Shown here: positions 26,095-36,312 of the stretch, in pieces
How the letters are laid out: each line of letters starts with the position of its first letter
Position numbering within the stretch: the first letter of the stretch is position 1
Source: Macrostomum lignano
Taxonomy: Eukaryota
Assembly (NCBI GenBank): GCA_002269645.1
Contig: NIVC01001960.1
Span: 124,001-188,000 of the forward strand
DNA length: 64,000 nt
Direction of reading: 5' to 3'
Notes under the pieces: generated by a model
Seen by the model: the letters and a program-made list of their open reading frames with translations, nothing else
What the model was told of the DNA's origin: nothing
Database searches by the model: none
Program-made: the position numbers and the translations under genes

Positions 26095-26800
26095 TGTGAT
26101 GACGCTCAGGTGTTATGAGGTTCAGGTGTTATGAGGTTCAGGTGTTGAGGCTCAGGCGTTATGAGGCTCAGGTGTTATGAGGCTCAGGTGTTATGAGGCT
26201 CGGGTGTTATGAGGTTCAGGTGTTATGAGGTTCAGGTGTTGAGGTTCAGGTGTTGAGGCTCAGGTGTTATGAGGCTCAGGTGTTATGAGGCTCGGGTGTT
26301 ATGAGGTTCAGGTGTTATGAGGTTCAGGTGTTGAGGTTCAGGTGTTGAGGCTCAGGTGTTATGAGGCTCAGGTGTTATGAGGCTCAGGTGTTATGAGGCT
26401 CGGGTGTTATGAGGTTCAGGTGTTATGAGGTTCAGGTGTTGAGGTTCAGGTGTTGAGGCTCAGGTGTTATGAGGCTCAGGTGTTATGAGGCTCAGGTGTT
26501 ATGAGGCTCAGGTGTAATGAGGCTCGGGTGTTATGAGGTTCAGGTGTTATGAGGTTCAGGTGTTGAGGTTCAGGTGTTGAGGCTCAGGTGTTATGAGGCT
26601 CAGGTGTTATGAGGTTCAGGTGTTATGAGGTTCAGGTGTTGAGGTTCAGGTGTTATGAGGTTCAGGTGTTATGAGGCTCAGGTGTTATGAGGCTCAGGTG
26701 TTATGAGGTTCAGGTGTTATGAGGCTCAGGTGTTGAGATTCAGATGTGATGAGGCTCAGGTGTTATGAGGCTCAGGTGTTATGAGGTTCAGATGTGATGA
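26095..26800. repeat. 16/14-bp minisatellite (GAGG(C/T)TCAGGTGTT[AT]) with higher-order structure
   Basis: Directly visible; a CTCGGG variant marks repeated blocks. Confidence 0.93.
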
Positions 26801-26839
26801 AGTTGGATGCTGAAATTGGAGACTGACCTCTCTTTGGTC

Positions 26840-29606
26840 CACACCCGTTCCCGACGGCTTGGCCCGAAATCGGGCCATAGACAAAGTTTTTCTTGTAATG
26901 CTCACACCCATTCTCGCCGGGAACAGTTTCTAAAGTACCACAGAGTTTCTACATAGACTTCACTTATACTTATTGACTGCCTGCGCGTAGAGTTTGCACA
27001 GAGATTTTCTGTTTCAAGCAAATATACATGGATTCAGACGCCAGTTTCGACTCTGATACTTCGTCGAGTCAGTATTCCACCGCTGATGAAACTTTCGAAT
27101 GGTCTGAGGACGATGAGATGGACATCGCTGAGAACAACGAGCAAGCCGGTGGGTGGCACATGGTTCAACCGAATGAGGACAACAGGCCATCAGCCCTACC
27201 CGATTTTCTCGGAACACCTGGCATCCGACCAGACTGGCAGCCTCCACCAACTGCTGATGGAAACGAAGATGCTTTCCTAAAGCTTTTTTTCCAGACCAGT
27301 TGTTCGAAGACCTCAGCAATTGGACTAATGCTAAGGCTTGGAGAATCTTTCAAGAAGCCGAAACAGAGGCTGCACTGCCGAAGCAAGTGTTGAAATGGCG
27401 GGACTCAACGACGGATGAAGTTCGTAAGTTAGTGGGAATCGTGCTTTTGATGGGTGTCGACAAGAAACCGGAAATCGCCAACTACTGGTCAACCGATCCA
27501 GCGTTTCATTGCTCCCTTCTGGCCAAGCCATTCTCGCTCTCAAGAGACCGCTTCAAGCAGCTGCTGTCCTGCCTGCGTTTTTACAACTGCGCTGAGGCTT
27601 TAGGAGACGGCCCTCTGGCAAAGATAGAGCCCTTTCTGCACAGCGTAAAGCATCTGTGCAGCAACAATTACATGCCACGGCAGGGACTGTCGGTTGATGA
27701 GACACTCGTTTTGTACAAGGGCAGAGTTGCTTTTAAACAGTACATTCCAACAAAGAAAAGTAAATACGGAATTAAAATGTATTGTATCTGTGAGAGTGAG
27801 AGTGCGTACTTATGGAACTTCGTCGTCCACACATTCCCTGAGGTCAATAATCAGTTCGGTGAAGGCCTCGGGTGTCAGGACTTGACGATGAGTGAGAAGG
27901 TTGTTGCAGAACTGTGCCGCGGTTTGCTTAATCTTGGACACCACGTCTTCACCGACAGTTGGTTTACGTCTCAGCGGCTGGCTACTTGGCTGCTGCAGCA
28001 TGATACGCTGCTAACCGGAACAGTACGGAAAAACCGCGGTATCCCAGCTGAACTGCAAGCTGCCAACCTACATCCGACTTCATCTGCATTCGCTCGCTCA
28101 GGGGACCTACTGGCTTGCAAATTTGTCGACAGGAAGCAGAGCGGCACAAAAACTGTGTATCTGCTAGATACAGCAGGAAAAGCTGATTGCACCCAGGTCC
28201 ATCGTACCCGTCGTGGAGGTGCCGTGCAGGTGGTGCCGAAGCCTGTAAGTGTGTTAGCATACTGTGCCAGCATGGGTGGTGTTGACCATCTGGACGCTTC
28301 AATGCACCCTTACCTAGCCAATCGTAAGAGCATGCGCTGGTTCCACAAGCTTGGGTTCCACCTTTTCCTGATGCTTGTGAGAAATGCCTGGGTCATCTTC
28401 AAGCAATCGGGCGGCACAAAGACCTTCTTGCAGTTTATAAGGCTCGCAGTCAAATATCTGTTGGAGGACACTGGTGTTGCCAGGCGACGCGGTCGAATGC
28501 CAGATGGAGCAGCTGCCGGTGCTGGCGCTGAAGCTGTAGGCAATGGAGCTGCTGCTCATTCTCCAAGCAAAGCTCCCAGACACGGGGACCAGGCTCGGCC
28601 ACGCAAACGATGCCGAGTATGCTATGCGGCTGGCCAAGTGAAGAAGACAGTGTTTGTATGCGAAGCTTGCCCGGGAACGCCAGCACTCTGCCTTGGTGCT
28701 TGCTTCATGCAATTTCATAACAATTAGGTCTGACGCCTGGCGATGTGTATTAGACAGTATAGAAAATATTGTAGTATCCACCCTTTCTGCACATTTGCCT
28801 TTCTATTTTGACTCCATTTTGAATCGGTGCCACCACAGCCCCTGGTTTCAAATAGTCCAGAAATTGTCCTGGTTACAGAAACTACTAATATGGGACGTAG
28901 GAATCAGAAAACAGTAGAAGAGGGTAGGGTCATGAGCACTAGCACAGGGGTAGAGGTGAGGGAATTACAATAGAAGGGGCGGATTCGCAGAGTGATAACC
29001 GCAGGCGCAGAGACGGGGGGAGGCAGGGGGTGTTAGAGATGGCAAGGATTCGCAATCAATCCAGGGACCAGGTCTCTCAGCTCCTAGACCTCAGTCCTAG
29101 CACCAAGGCCCCTTGAAATAAAATAATATATTTGTTGCATTATCGTGGATAGAAATTACATTATTCCGTATTAATTTGGAGTTATAATAAACTTAGATGC
29201 TTGTTGTTTCTAGATTACCTGTTTCTTTCCAGTTTTCTAAAAGTTTTCTAAAATCAACTCCACAGAAAATGACGTGACAGCGTGACAATTGTGACAGCTT
29301 CCCTCCAGTTTTGACCAGTAAAGAAATGACCCCACTTCACTATGTTCTAATATAACTTAAACCGTTAACTTTTAAACAGAAGAAAAATATATGAGTAATT
29401 GAAATAACTTTGTTTTGTTACAGGCTATCTTTTCAAAGTGCGTTTTCACTATCTTATTGGCCACTACTTGACCCGTTTTCGGGCCACATCAGTCCAGAAC
29501 GGGTGTGCCAATTTTGCTGGTTTTTTGGCCATAGATATAAAAAAATTCCCCGTTGGCTTTGGGTGTTGAGCCATGACCCGAATTCGGGCCATCCGTCTGC
29601 TCATGG
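26840..29606 (+). mobile_element. piggyBac DNA transposon; right end intact at TTAA 29607-29610, left terminus not identifiable
   Basis: Transposase ORF; the right end reads ...CCGTCTGCTCATGG|TTAA; a GGCCCGAAWWCGGGYCA motif occurs at ~26861 and inverted at ~29470 and ~29575. Confidence 0.8.
27028..28727 (+). CDS. piggyBac (PGBD4-like) transposase, split by one -1 frameshift in a T7 run at ~27284-27290
   Basis: Acidic N-terminus; catalytic motifs SVDE, FTDSWFTS and GGVDHLD; YIPTKKSKYGIK; C-terminal cysteine-rich domain RCRVC...CEAC...LC...CF..FH. ORFs 27028-27393 and 27300-28727 join at FLKLFF/PDQLFEDL. Confidence 0.9.
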
Positions 29607-29846
29607 TTAAGGCGATGTGAAATTTAAGTCTTACGAAAAAACTTCATCGTCTCCGGAAAAATCTGCAGGATTTGCGAGTGCAGACTTTAGTTGTCCATGA
29701 CCGTGCATGATTTCTACAAAAAAGTTGTCCCTTATACGCGGACCAATCCCAGAGGCCTAAGACAGCTGGGGTGGTGAGCTGTCTTAGATACAAGAGGCAA
29801 GACCCGCGGCACTCGCAGGCAGCTCAGACCCGCGCCCCGCAACGAC

Positions 29847-30422
29847 ATGACCGCCGCCGTCAGTCCGCTGCCTGACCAGCCCGACTCCGGGCTCGGCCGG
29901 TTCGCCAGTGACGATGGCAGGCCGATGCGCCGGACTGACTTCGCCAGGGTTGGCGCCTGCGGAGCCGCCCTGCTGCTGCACGGCTTCTTCCTGGCCTGCG
30001 TTGGCAGCTTCGAGCTCGCCGTCCAGTGCGTCCGAGTTCGGACCGGCCTCGCCCTGCTGGTGGGCATCGGCGACCTCGGCCTGGGCGGCCTCTGCCTCGT
30101 GCTCTGCAGCCTGCAGACCCTGCGCCGGGCCGCCGGCTGGTCTCACCGACTGGCGGTGCTGCTCGGCCTGGCGTTGCTCTGCCTGACAACCGTCTACATT
30201 GCCTGCTTCTACTCTCTGCTACTGGGCGGCGCCAGCCTGCGCGCCTGCAGCTCGGCCGTGCAGCTGCTGCTGGGCAGCCCCACCATCACCTGCCTGATCG
30301 TTGGCGTCCCGGCCACCTTCCTGCCTTTGGTCATCGTATGGAGCCACCGGAAAGGCCTGGCAGCGGAGGGCCGAGGCTCAGCGTTGGAGATTACGGCATC
30401 GACCACGCAGACTGCGGCATAG
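29847..30422 (+). CDS. Orphan single-exon protein with about four predicted transmembrane helices (191 aa)
   Basis: GC-rich ATG-TAG ORF with codon style like the neighbouring genes and four hydrophobic stretches. No family recognised. Confidence 0.6.
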   Translation: MTAAVSPLPDQPDSGLGRFASDDGRPMRRTDFARVGACGAALLLHGFFLACVGSFELAVQCVRVRTGLALLVGIGDLGLGGLCLVLCSLQTLRRAAGWSHRLAVLLGLALLCLTTVYIACFYSLLLGGASLRACSSAVQLLLGSPTITCLIVGVPATFLPLVIVWSHRKGLAAEGRGSALEITASTTQTAA

Positions 30423-30461
30423 ACCAGGGGCTGATGGCAGCCCTACTGATTATATTGACAG

Positions 30462-31885
30462 GAGGCAGATTGCAGCCCGAATCTACATGCAGATATCCGT
30501 ATTGGGTAGAGGCAGATTGCAGCCCGAATCTACATGCAGATATCCGTATTGGGTAGAGGCAGATTGCAGCCCGAATCTACATGCAGATATCCGCATTGGA
30601 TAGAGACAGATTGCAGCCCGAATCTACATGCAGATATCCGCATTGGATAGAGACAGATTGCAGCCCGAATCTACATGCAGATATCCGTATTGGGTAGAGG
30701 CAGATTGCAGCCCGAATCTACATGCAGATATCCGTATTGGGTAGAGGCAGATTGCAGCCCGAATCTACATGCAGATATCCGTATTGGGTAGAGGCAGATT
30801 GCAGCCCGAATCTACATGCAGATATCCGTATTGGGTAGAGGCAGATTGCAGCCCGAATCTACATGCAGATATCCGTATTGGGTAGAGGCAGATTGCAGCC
30901 CGAATCTACAGGCAGATATCTGTATTGGATAGAGGCAGATTGCAGCCCGAATCTACAGGCAGATATCCGTATTGGATAGAGGCAGATTGCAGCCCGAATC
31001 TACAGGCAGATATCTGTATTGGATAGAGACAGATTGCAGCCCGAATCTACAGGCAGATATCTGTATTGGATAGAGGCAGATTGCAGCCCGAATCTACAGG
31101 CAGATATCTGTATTGGATAGAGGCAGATTGCAGCCCGAATCTACAGGCAGATATCTGTATTGGATAGAGGCAGATTGCAGCCCGAATCTACAGGCAGATA
31201 TCCGCATTGGATAGAGGCAGATTGCAGCCCGAATCTACAGGCAGATATCTGTATTGGATAGAGACAGATTGCAGCCCGAATCTACAGGCAGATATCCGCA
31301 TTGGGTAGAGGCAGATTGCAGCCCGAATCTACAGGCAGATATCCGTATTGGATAGAGGCAGATCGTAGCCCGAATCTACAGGCAGATATCCGCATTGGAT
31401 AGAGGCAGATCGTAGCCCGAATCTACAGGCAGATATCCGTATTGGATAGAGACAGATCGTAGCCCGAATCTACAGGCAGATATCCGCATTGGGTAGAGGC
31501 AGATTGCAGCCCGAATCTACATGCAGATATCTGTATTGGATAGAGACAGATTGCAGCCCGAATCTACAGGCAGATATCTGTATTGGATAGAGACAGATTG
31601 CAGCCCGAATCTACAGGCAGATATCCGTATTGGATAGAGACAGATTGCAGCCCGAATCTACAGGCAGATATCCGCATTGGGTAGAGGCAGATTGCAGCCC
31701 GAATCTACAGGCAGATATCCGCATTGGATAGAGGCAGATTGCAGCCCGAATCTACAGGCAGATATCCGCATTGGATAGAGGCAGATTGCAGCCCGAATCT
31801 ACAGGCAGATATCTGTATTGGATAGAGACAGATTGCAGCCCGAATCTACAGGCAGATATCCGTATTGGATAGAGGCAGATTGCAT
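30462..31885. repeat. 47-bp minisatellite (GAGGCAGATTGCAGCCCGAATCTACA(T/G)GCAGATATCCGTATTGG(G/A)TA), ~30 copies
   Basis: 47-bp period (30462, 30509); ACATGC units occur before ~30900 and mostly ACAGGC units after. Confidence 0.96.
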
Positions 31886-33044
31886 GTCATGTTTGAATCA
31901 AGCCATGGCTAATTAATAATTCACTTAAAATAAAATAATGCATTCAAACTACAGGAAAAGTTGAATGATGCTGCTAAACATCGAATTTCTGTCATTATAC
32001 AATGCAAAGGAATTGCGTAACTTCACTTCGATAGCAAAATTAGTTGGAAACAAAGACATCGCAGATCAGTGTTACTCATATCGTTAATTCGGTCAGCAGC
32101 TGAAACCGCGCACACCAGACAATGGTATATTCATAATACATTGTAGCTGAGGAGCATAGCATAAGAGCACAGAGCTCGAGGCGGCGCACATGCCGAATAC
32201 ACAATAGGAGGCTGGGAAACGATGGCGCTATAAAAAGGCAATGCTAAATTCAAGCAGCTTCTTGTTGTTCGCTATACAATCAATACGGAGCAGAGAAGAC
32301 TAGAGTAAAAACCGGTCCAAGCTTGCGCTGTCCAGGCCGCCTAAGCGCCAAGGACCTCTAAATTAATCAGTCCGGACTGGAAGCATGATGTCAAAGTGGT
32401 GAAAGCTATGCTAGATATATAAATAGAACAGTAATGTCCATGATTTGCGCAAACAATTTTAGAAATTAAATATGCGTCCGCGGATATATAAATATAAAAC
32501 TAGTCATTGATAGCCTGAGTGCACTACTGAACAACAGTAGAAGTGCAGGGGCATTTTGTCTACAATACAAACTGAGCAGCGAACATACTTGAATATGACA
32601 GATCATGTGCCTGTGCGCGACACCAGAGTTTAAACCTGGGATACTTAACAACGAAATCCTTATTCTAGACTTTAGCTTATCTATCTTTCGCGGCGGTGTA
32701 GCCGGCTGTCACGTGGCTAATTCAGACCGAGCAGATGAAGTTCAACATGTACTTTAGTAATTGGCTTAAGCGCCGAGAAGCACCCGTGGGCAAGCAAAAT
32801 CGTGATGAAAACATTGTGAAAAGAAAAAAATGCAAATATTAATGTGACTGACTGTGTTTTAATGCGCAACGCATGTACATGTACGCTGATCAAAGTGAGT
32901 TTCACGGACGGTCAAAACGAATCACGCATAGAGGGAGAGCATAACTGGCCGCAGCGAATGGGATGTTTTGATGCAAAACAACAATGAGATGACAAATTTA
33001 CAGAGCCATAGAAAACTTCAGAGATTCAAAGCGAATAAGCCCCC

Positions 33045-33640
33045 GGAAGTTTCCACTCCAGATTCTAACTCTAGAAGCCCATGGTTTGGCCAGCAGTTTC
33101 CACTCCAGATTCTAACTCTAGAAGCCCATGGTTTGGCCAGCAGTTTCCACTCCAGATTTTAACTCTAAAAGCCCATGATTGGCCAGCAGTTTCCACTCCA
33201 GATTCTAACTCTAGAAGCCCATGGTTTGGCCAGCAGTTTCCACTCCAGATTCTAACTCTAGAAGCCCATGGTTTGGCCAGCAGTTTCCACTCCAGATTTT
33301 AACTCTAAAAGCCCATGATTGGCCAGCAGTTTCCACTCCAGATTCTAACTCTAGAAGCCCATGGTTTGGCCAGCAGTTTCCACTCCAGATTCTAACTCTA
33401 GAAGCCCATGGTTTGGCCAGCAGTTTCCACTCCAGATTCTAACTCTAGAAACCCATGGTTTGGCCAGCAGTTTTTACCCTAGATTCTAGGTCTAGAAGCC
33501 CATGGTTTGACCAGCAGTTTCGACTCCAGATTCTAGGTCTAGAAGCCCATGGTTTGACCAGCAGTTTCGACTCCAGATTCTAGGTCTAGAAGTCCATGGT
33601 TTGACCAGCAGTTTCCACTCCAGATTCTAGGTCTAGAACT
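33045..33640. repeat. 47-bp minisatellite with a 140-bp trimeric higher-order repeat
   Basis: Identical pseudo-ORFs at 33081 and 33221 (offset 140 = 47+47+46). Confidence 0.93.
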
Positions 33641-33940
33641 CTATGGTAAAACTCAATACACACAAAAATTGAAGCAACATTTTAACAGCCAACATTAGAA
33701 AACGTGCAATCCTACTTTAAGTAGACGCAAACTAAATTATACCAGACTGAATCAACGCTACGTAGAACTTAAAAGGATAGACGGGTCATATTATAGACTA
33801 TGTCAACTATATATAAAACTTTGGAACGTATTAAAATCAGCTCGCCTGAAAGAGGCACTAACTGAGTTATTAATTAAATAATTTGTCGGGCGGAAGCAGA
33901 AACGGCTTCTCCAACCAGTTATATAACTAAAACTCTAGGC

Positions 33941-34178
33941 CAGGGGCGTCGCCATGGATCTTGTGGTGGGGGGAAGCCAAGAATTCTACATGTACATGAC
34001 TAAATTCCTACATGTACATATTTTGAGAATCGTAGTTGTTAGCACTCATTTTGGCGCCACAGACGCTATATTTTGGCGCCCCGAAGCAAAATTACTGATT
34101 TCCACAACTGGTCACAAGGTGGGACGGCTGGGGAAACAAAGCCTTGGCATGCCCTCCCCCCCGGTGGTGACGCCCCTG
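33941..34178. mobile_element. 238-bp MITE, probably hAT-like
   Basis: TIRs CAGGGGCGTCGCCA / TGGTGACGCCCCTG; 8-bp flanks CTCTAGGC and CTGCAGGC (6/8 identical). Confidence 0.65.
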
Positions 34179-34369
34179 CTGCAGGCCTAATTAAACATAT
34201 ATAGTACGACACCTAAAGCTAATCAAAACAAACGACTGATAAGGCAGACAGACAGACGCAGATGAAACAAACATGTTCTCAATGCTTAATTAGGGACATC
34301 ACTTCCTGTAGGAAACTTTCAAGGTAGCTAAGCGCACCTCTGCGCGGCAAGGGGCACAGTTATTCATCA

Positions 34370-36312
34370 TCACCGGTCAGTGGACTGCGGGCTGAAGGTG
34401 TTCAGCAGGGCCGGATCGGCAGGCCGGTTGCAGGAGGGGCAGGCGCAGGAGCGCATCAGCCAGTCGTCGATGCAGGCGCGGTGATAGCCGTGGCCGCAGG
34501 GCAGGCACCGCAGCGGGTCACCTTCGGCGTATTCAACCATGCAGATCACGCACCTGGAAGGTGGACGGATGCGGGCCAGAAGCTGGTTTCCTTCTTGCAT
34601 AACAGAAGTTAGGGGTCACTATAGTACTAGGTAGAAAAAAGCTGAACTCTCCTAGGCATACAGTTTGACCATCAAATGCACAAGTGAAGCCAACAATGAA
34701 TAAAACAGCTGAATCTTGCGGCTGAAGCCGGCGCAGTCACCCAGCCCCTGCTATTGTCAATGCCCAGAATGCAGATCTGCTCTTAGATATAACTGGCTAA
34801 AATTAGAATTAGACGCATCTTATCCAGTGCAGAATATTCTTTAATAGCGTAGAATTAAACAGCCAGTTGAAATCTAGGCACGCACGTCAGCGAGACTGCA
34901 GCGCAGGGCTGCTGGACAACGCCCTATGATTTGAAAGTATTGTTTGCACTATCATAGCAGCCGGTGAAGGGTACACAGCGCACAGGTTAGTCTACAATAC
35001 AACTCGTGTTAAGGCCATATCTAGTAAAAACTGGATTAGGCATGCGATTTTACTCAGGTCAATCTGGAAATACAAAGACACGCACTCAGGATTGTTGTCT
35101 TTGTCGTCCTCTTCGCAGCTGTAGTGCCGAATTGGCAGGTGGCCAATCAGCCCCATCCTTTTCGCAATGCGCACCTGCTCCTCTTCAGACAGCTGGTCAA
35201 CCCGGCGCCCTACACCTGGGGCCAGGTAATAAAGTGGCGCTGGGTCCTGCAGAGTAGAGATAAGGTGGATGATTAGATTCATTGTGATAGTAGTCAAAAT
35301 CTTACCCAACAAACATGTTTACTAGAGTGCAAAATATATCAAGCCTATAAATTTGACCTAGATATGATACTTTTCTCATAAAAACTTGCAAAACTTTTTA
35401 TAAGTCTAAGTTATTAGCTTAAATTATAAAAGCTTTGCCATGTTTGTAAATAAAGCAAAATGATAACTTATTAACACAATTTAGTAAACCTTTTATATTA
35501 GTATAGTCACTATGAAAATAAAGCTATACATAAATGAGTTCTTTATTTAGTTCTGTCTATGACATTTTAGAACTGGATTTATTCAAATAAACCATAGACT
35601 ATTTATAATATCAAATTTAGCTAAATCTTAATAAAGAAAAAATAAACTTACAATATTAACATAATAAAAAATGTAAAAAATATATATACCATAAGATTAT
35701 GTCTGCTTGATTAAAAATAGAAATTAGAAAATATAAAATATTTCTATTTCATTTAGATCCAATTAAGATATATTTTAATAAGAGACATTGAAACAATTGC
35801 AAAAATATAAAGTAGTACAAAATAATTGTTATGATTATCAGATGCCTTTTAAAAATAAGTAGACTAACTTTTTTATTGCATATCAAAGCTTAATACCAAG
35901 TTGGCATAATTGCTAATTCAAAGCCAAGGTCAAAAGTATTAAGAATATATAATTTATTATTATTTAAATGCACAAAAAAGTTATAAAAAATTACATAAAA
36001 ATCTATCTAGATTCAGTAAATAAAATCTATCTGTCTTCAAATATCACAGACGATATTTACAGACCTACTAGAAAATGAACAACGATGAATGAAAAAATAA
36101 AAAAGAAACTAGTTTAAATGCAAAAAGCTCACTTGAACTCCATCCGAATTATGAGATGAGCGCCTTGTACCCCTTTGTAATTGATCCACAATCGGATTGA
36201 TAACAATGCCAGATTCGGAAGACGCTTGATTTCTACTATCAGGAAAAAAGTCGGAACCGCTATTGGGCCTAACTTGATCAGTTGAAAGACAATTCCGAAG
36301 GCAATTTCCCAT
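34370..36312 (-). CDS. RNF11: RING finger protein 11 orthologue; exons 36312-36133, 35246-35086, 34553-34370; 174 aa
   Basis: N-terminal MGNCL (myristoylation/palmitoylation motif as in RNF11), QLSEEEQVRIAKRMGLIGHLP, RING-H2 ECVICMVEYAEGDPLRCLPCGHGYHRACIDDWLMRSCACPSC; GT-AG junctions in phases 0 and 2. Confidence 0.93.
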
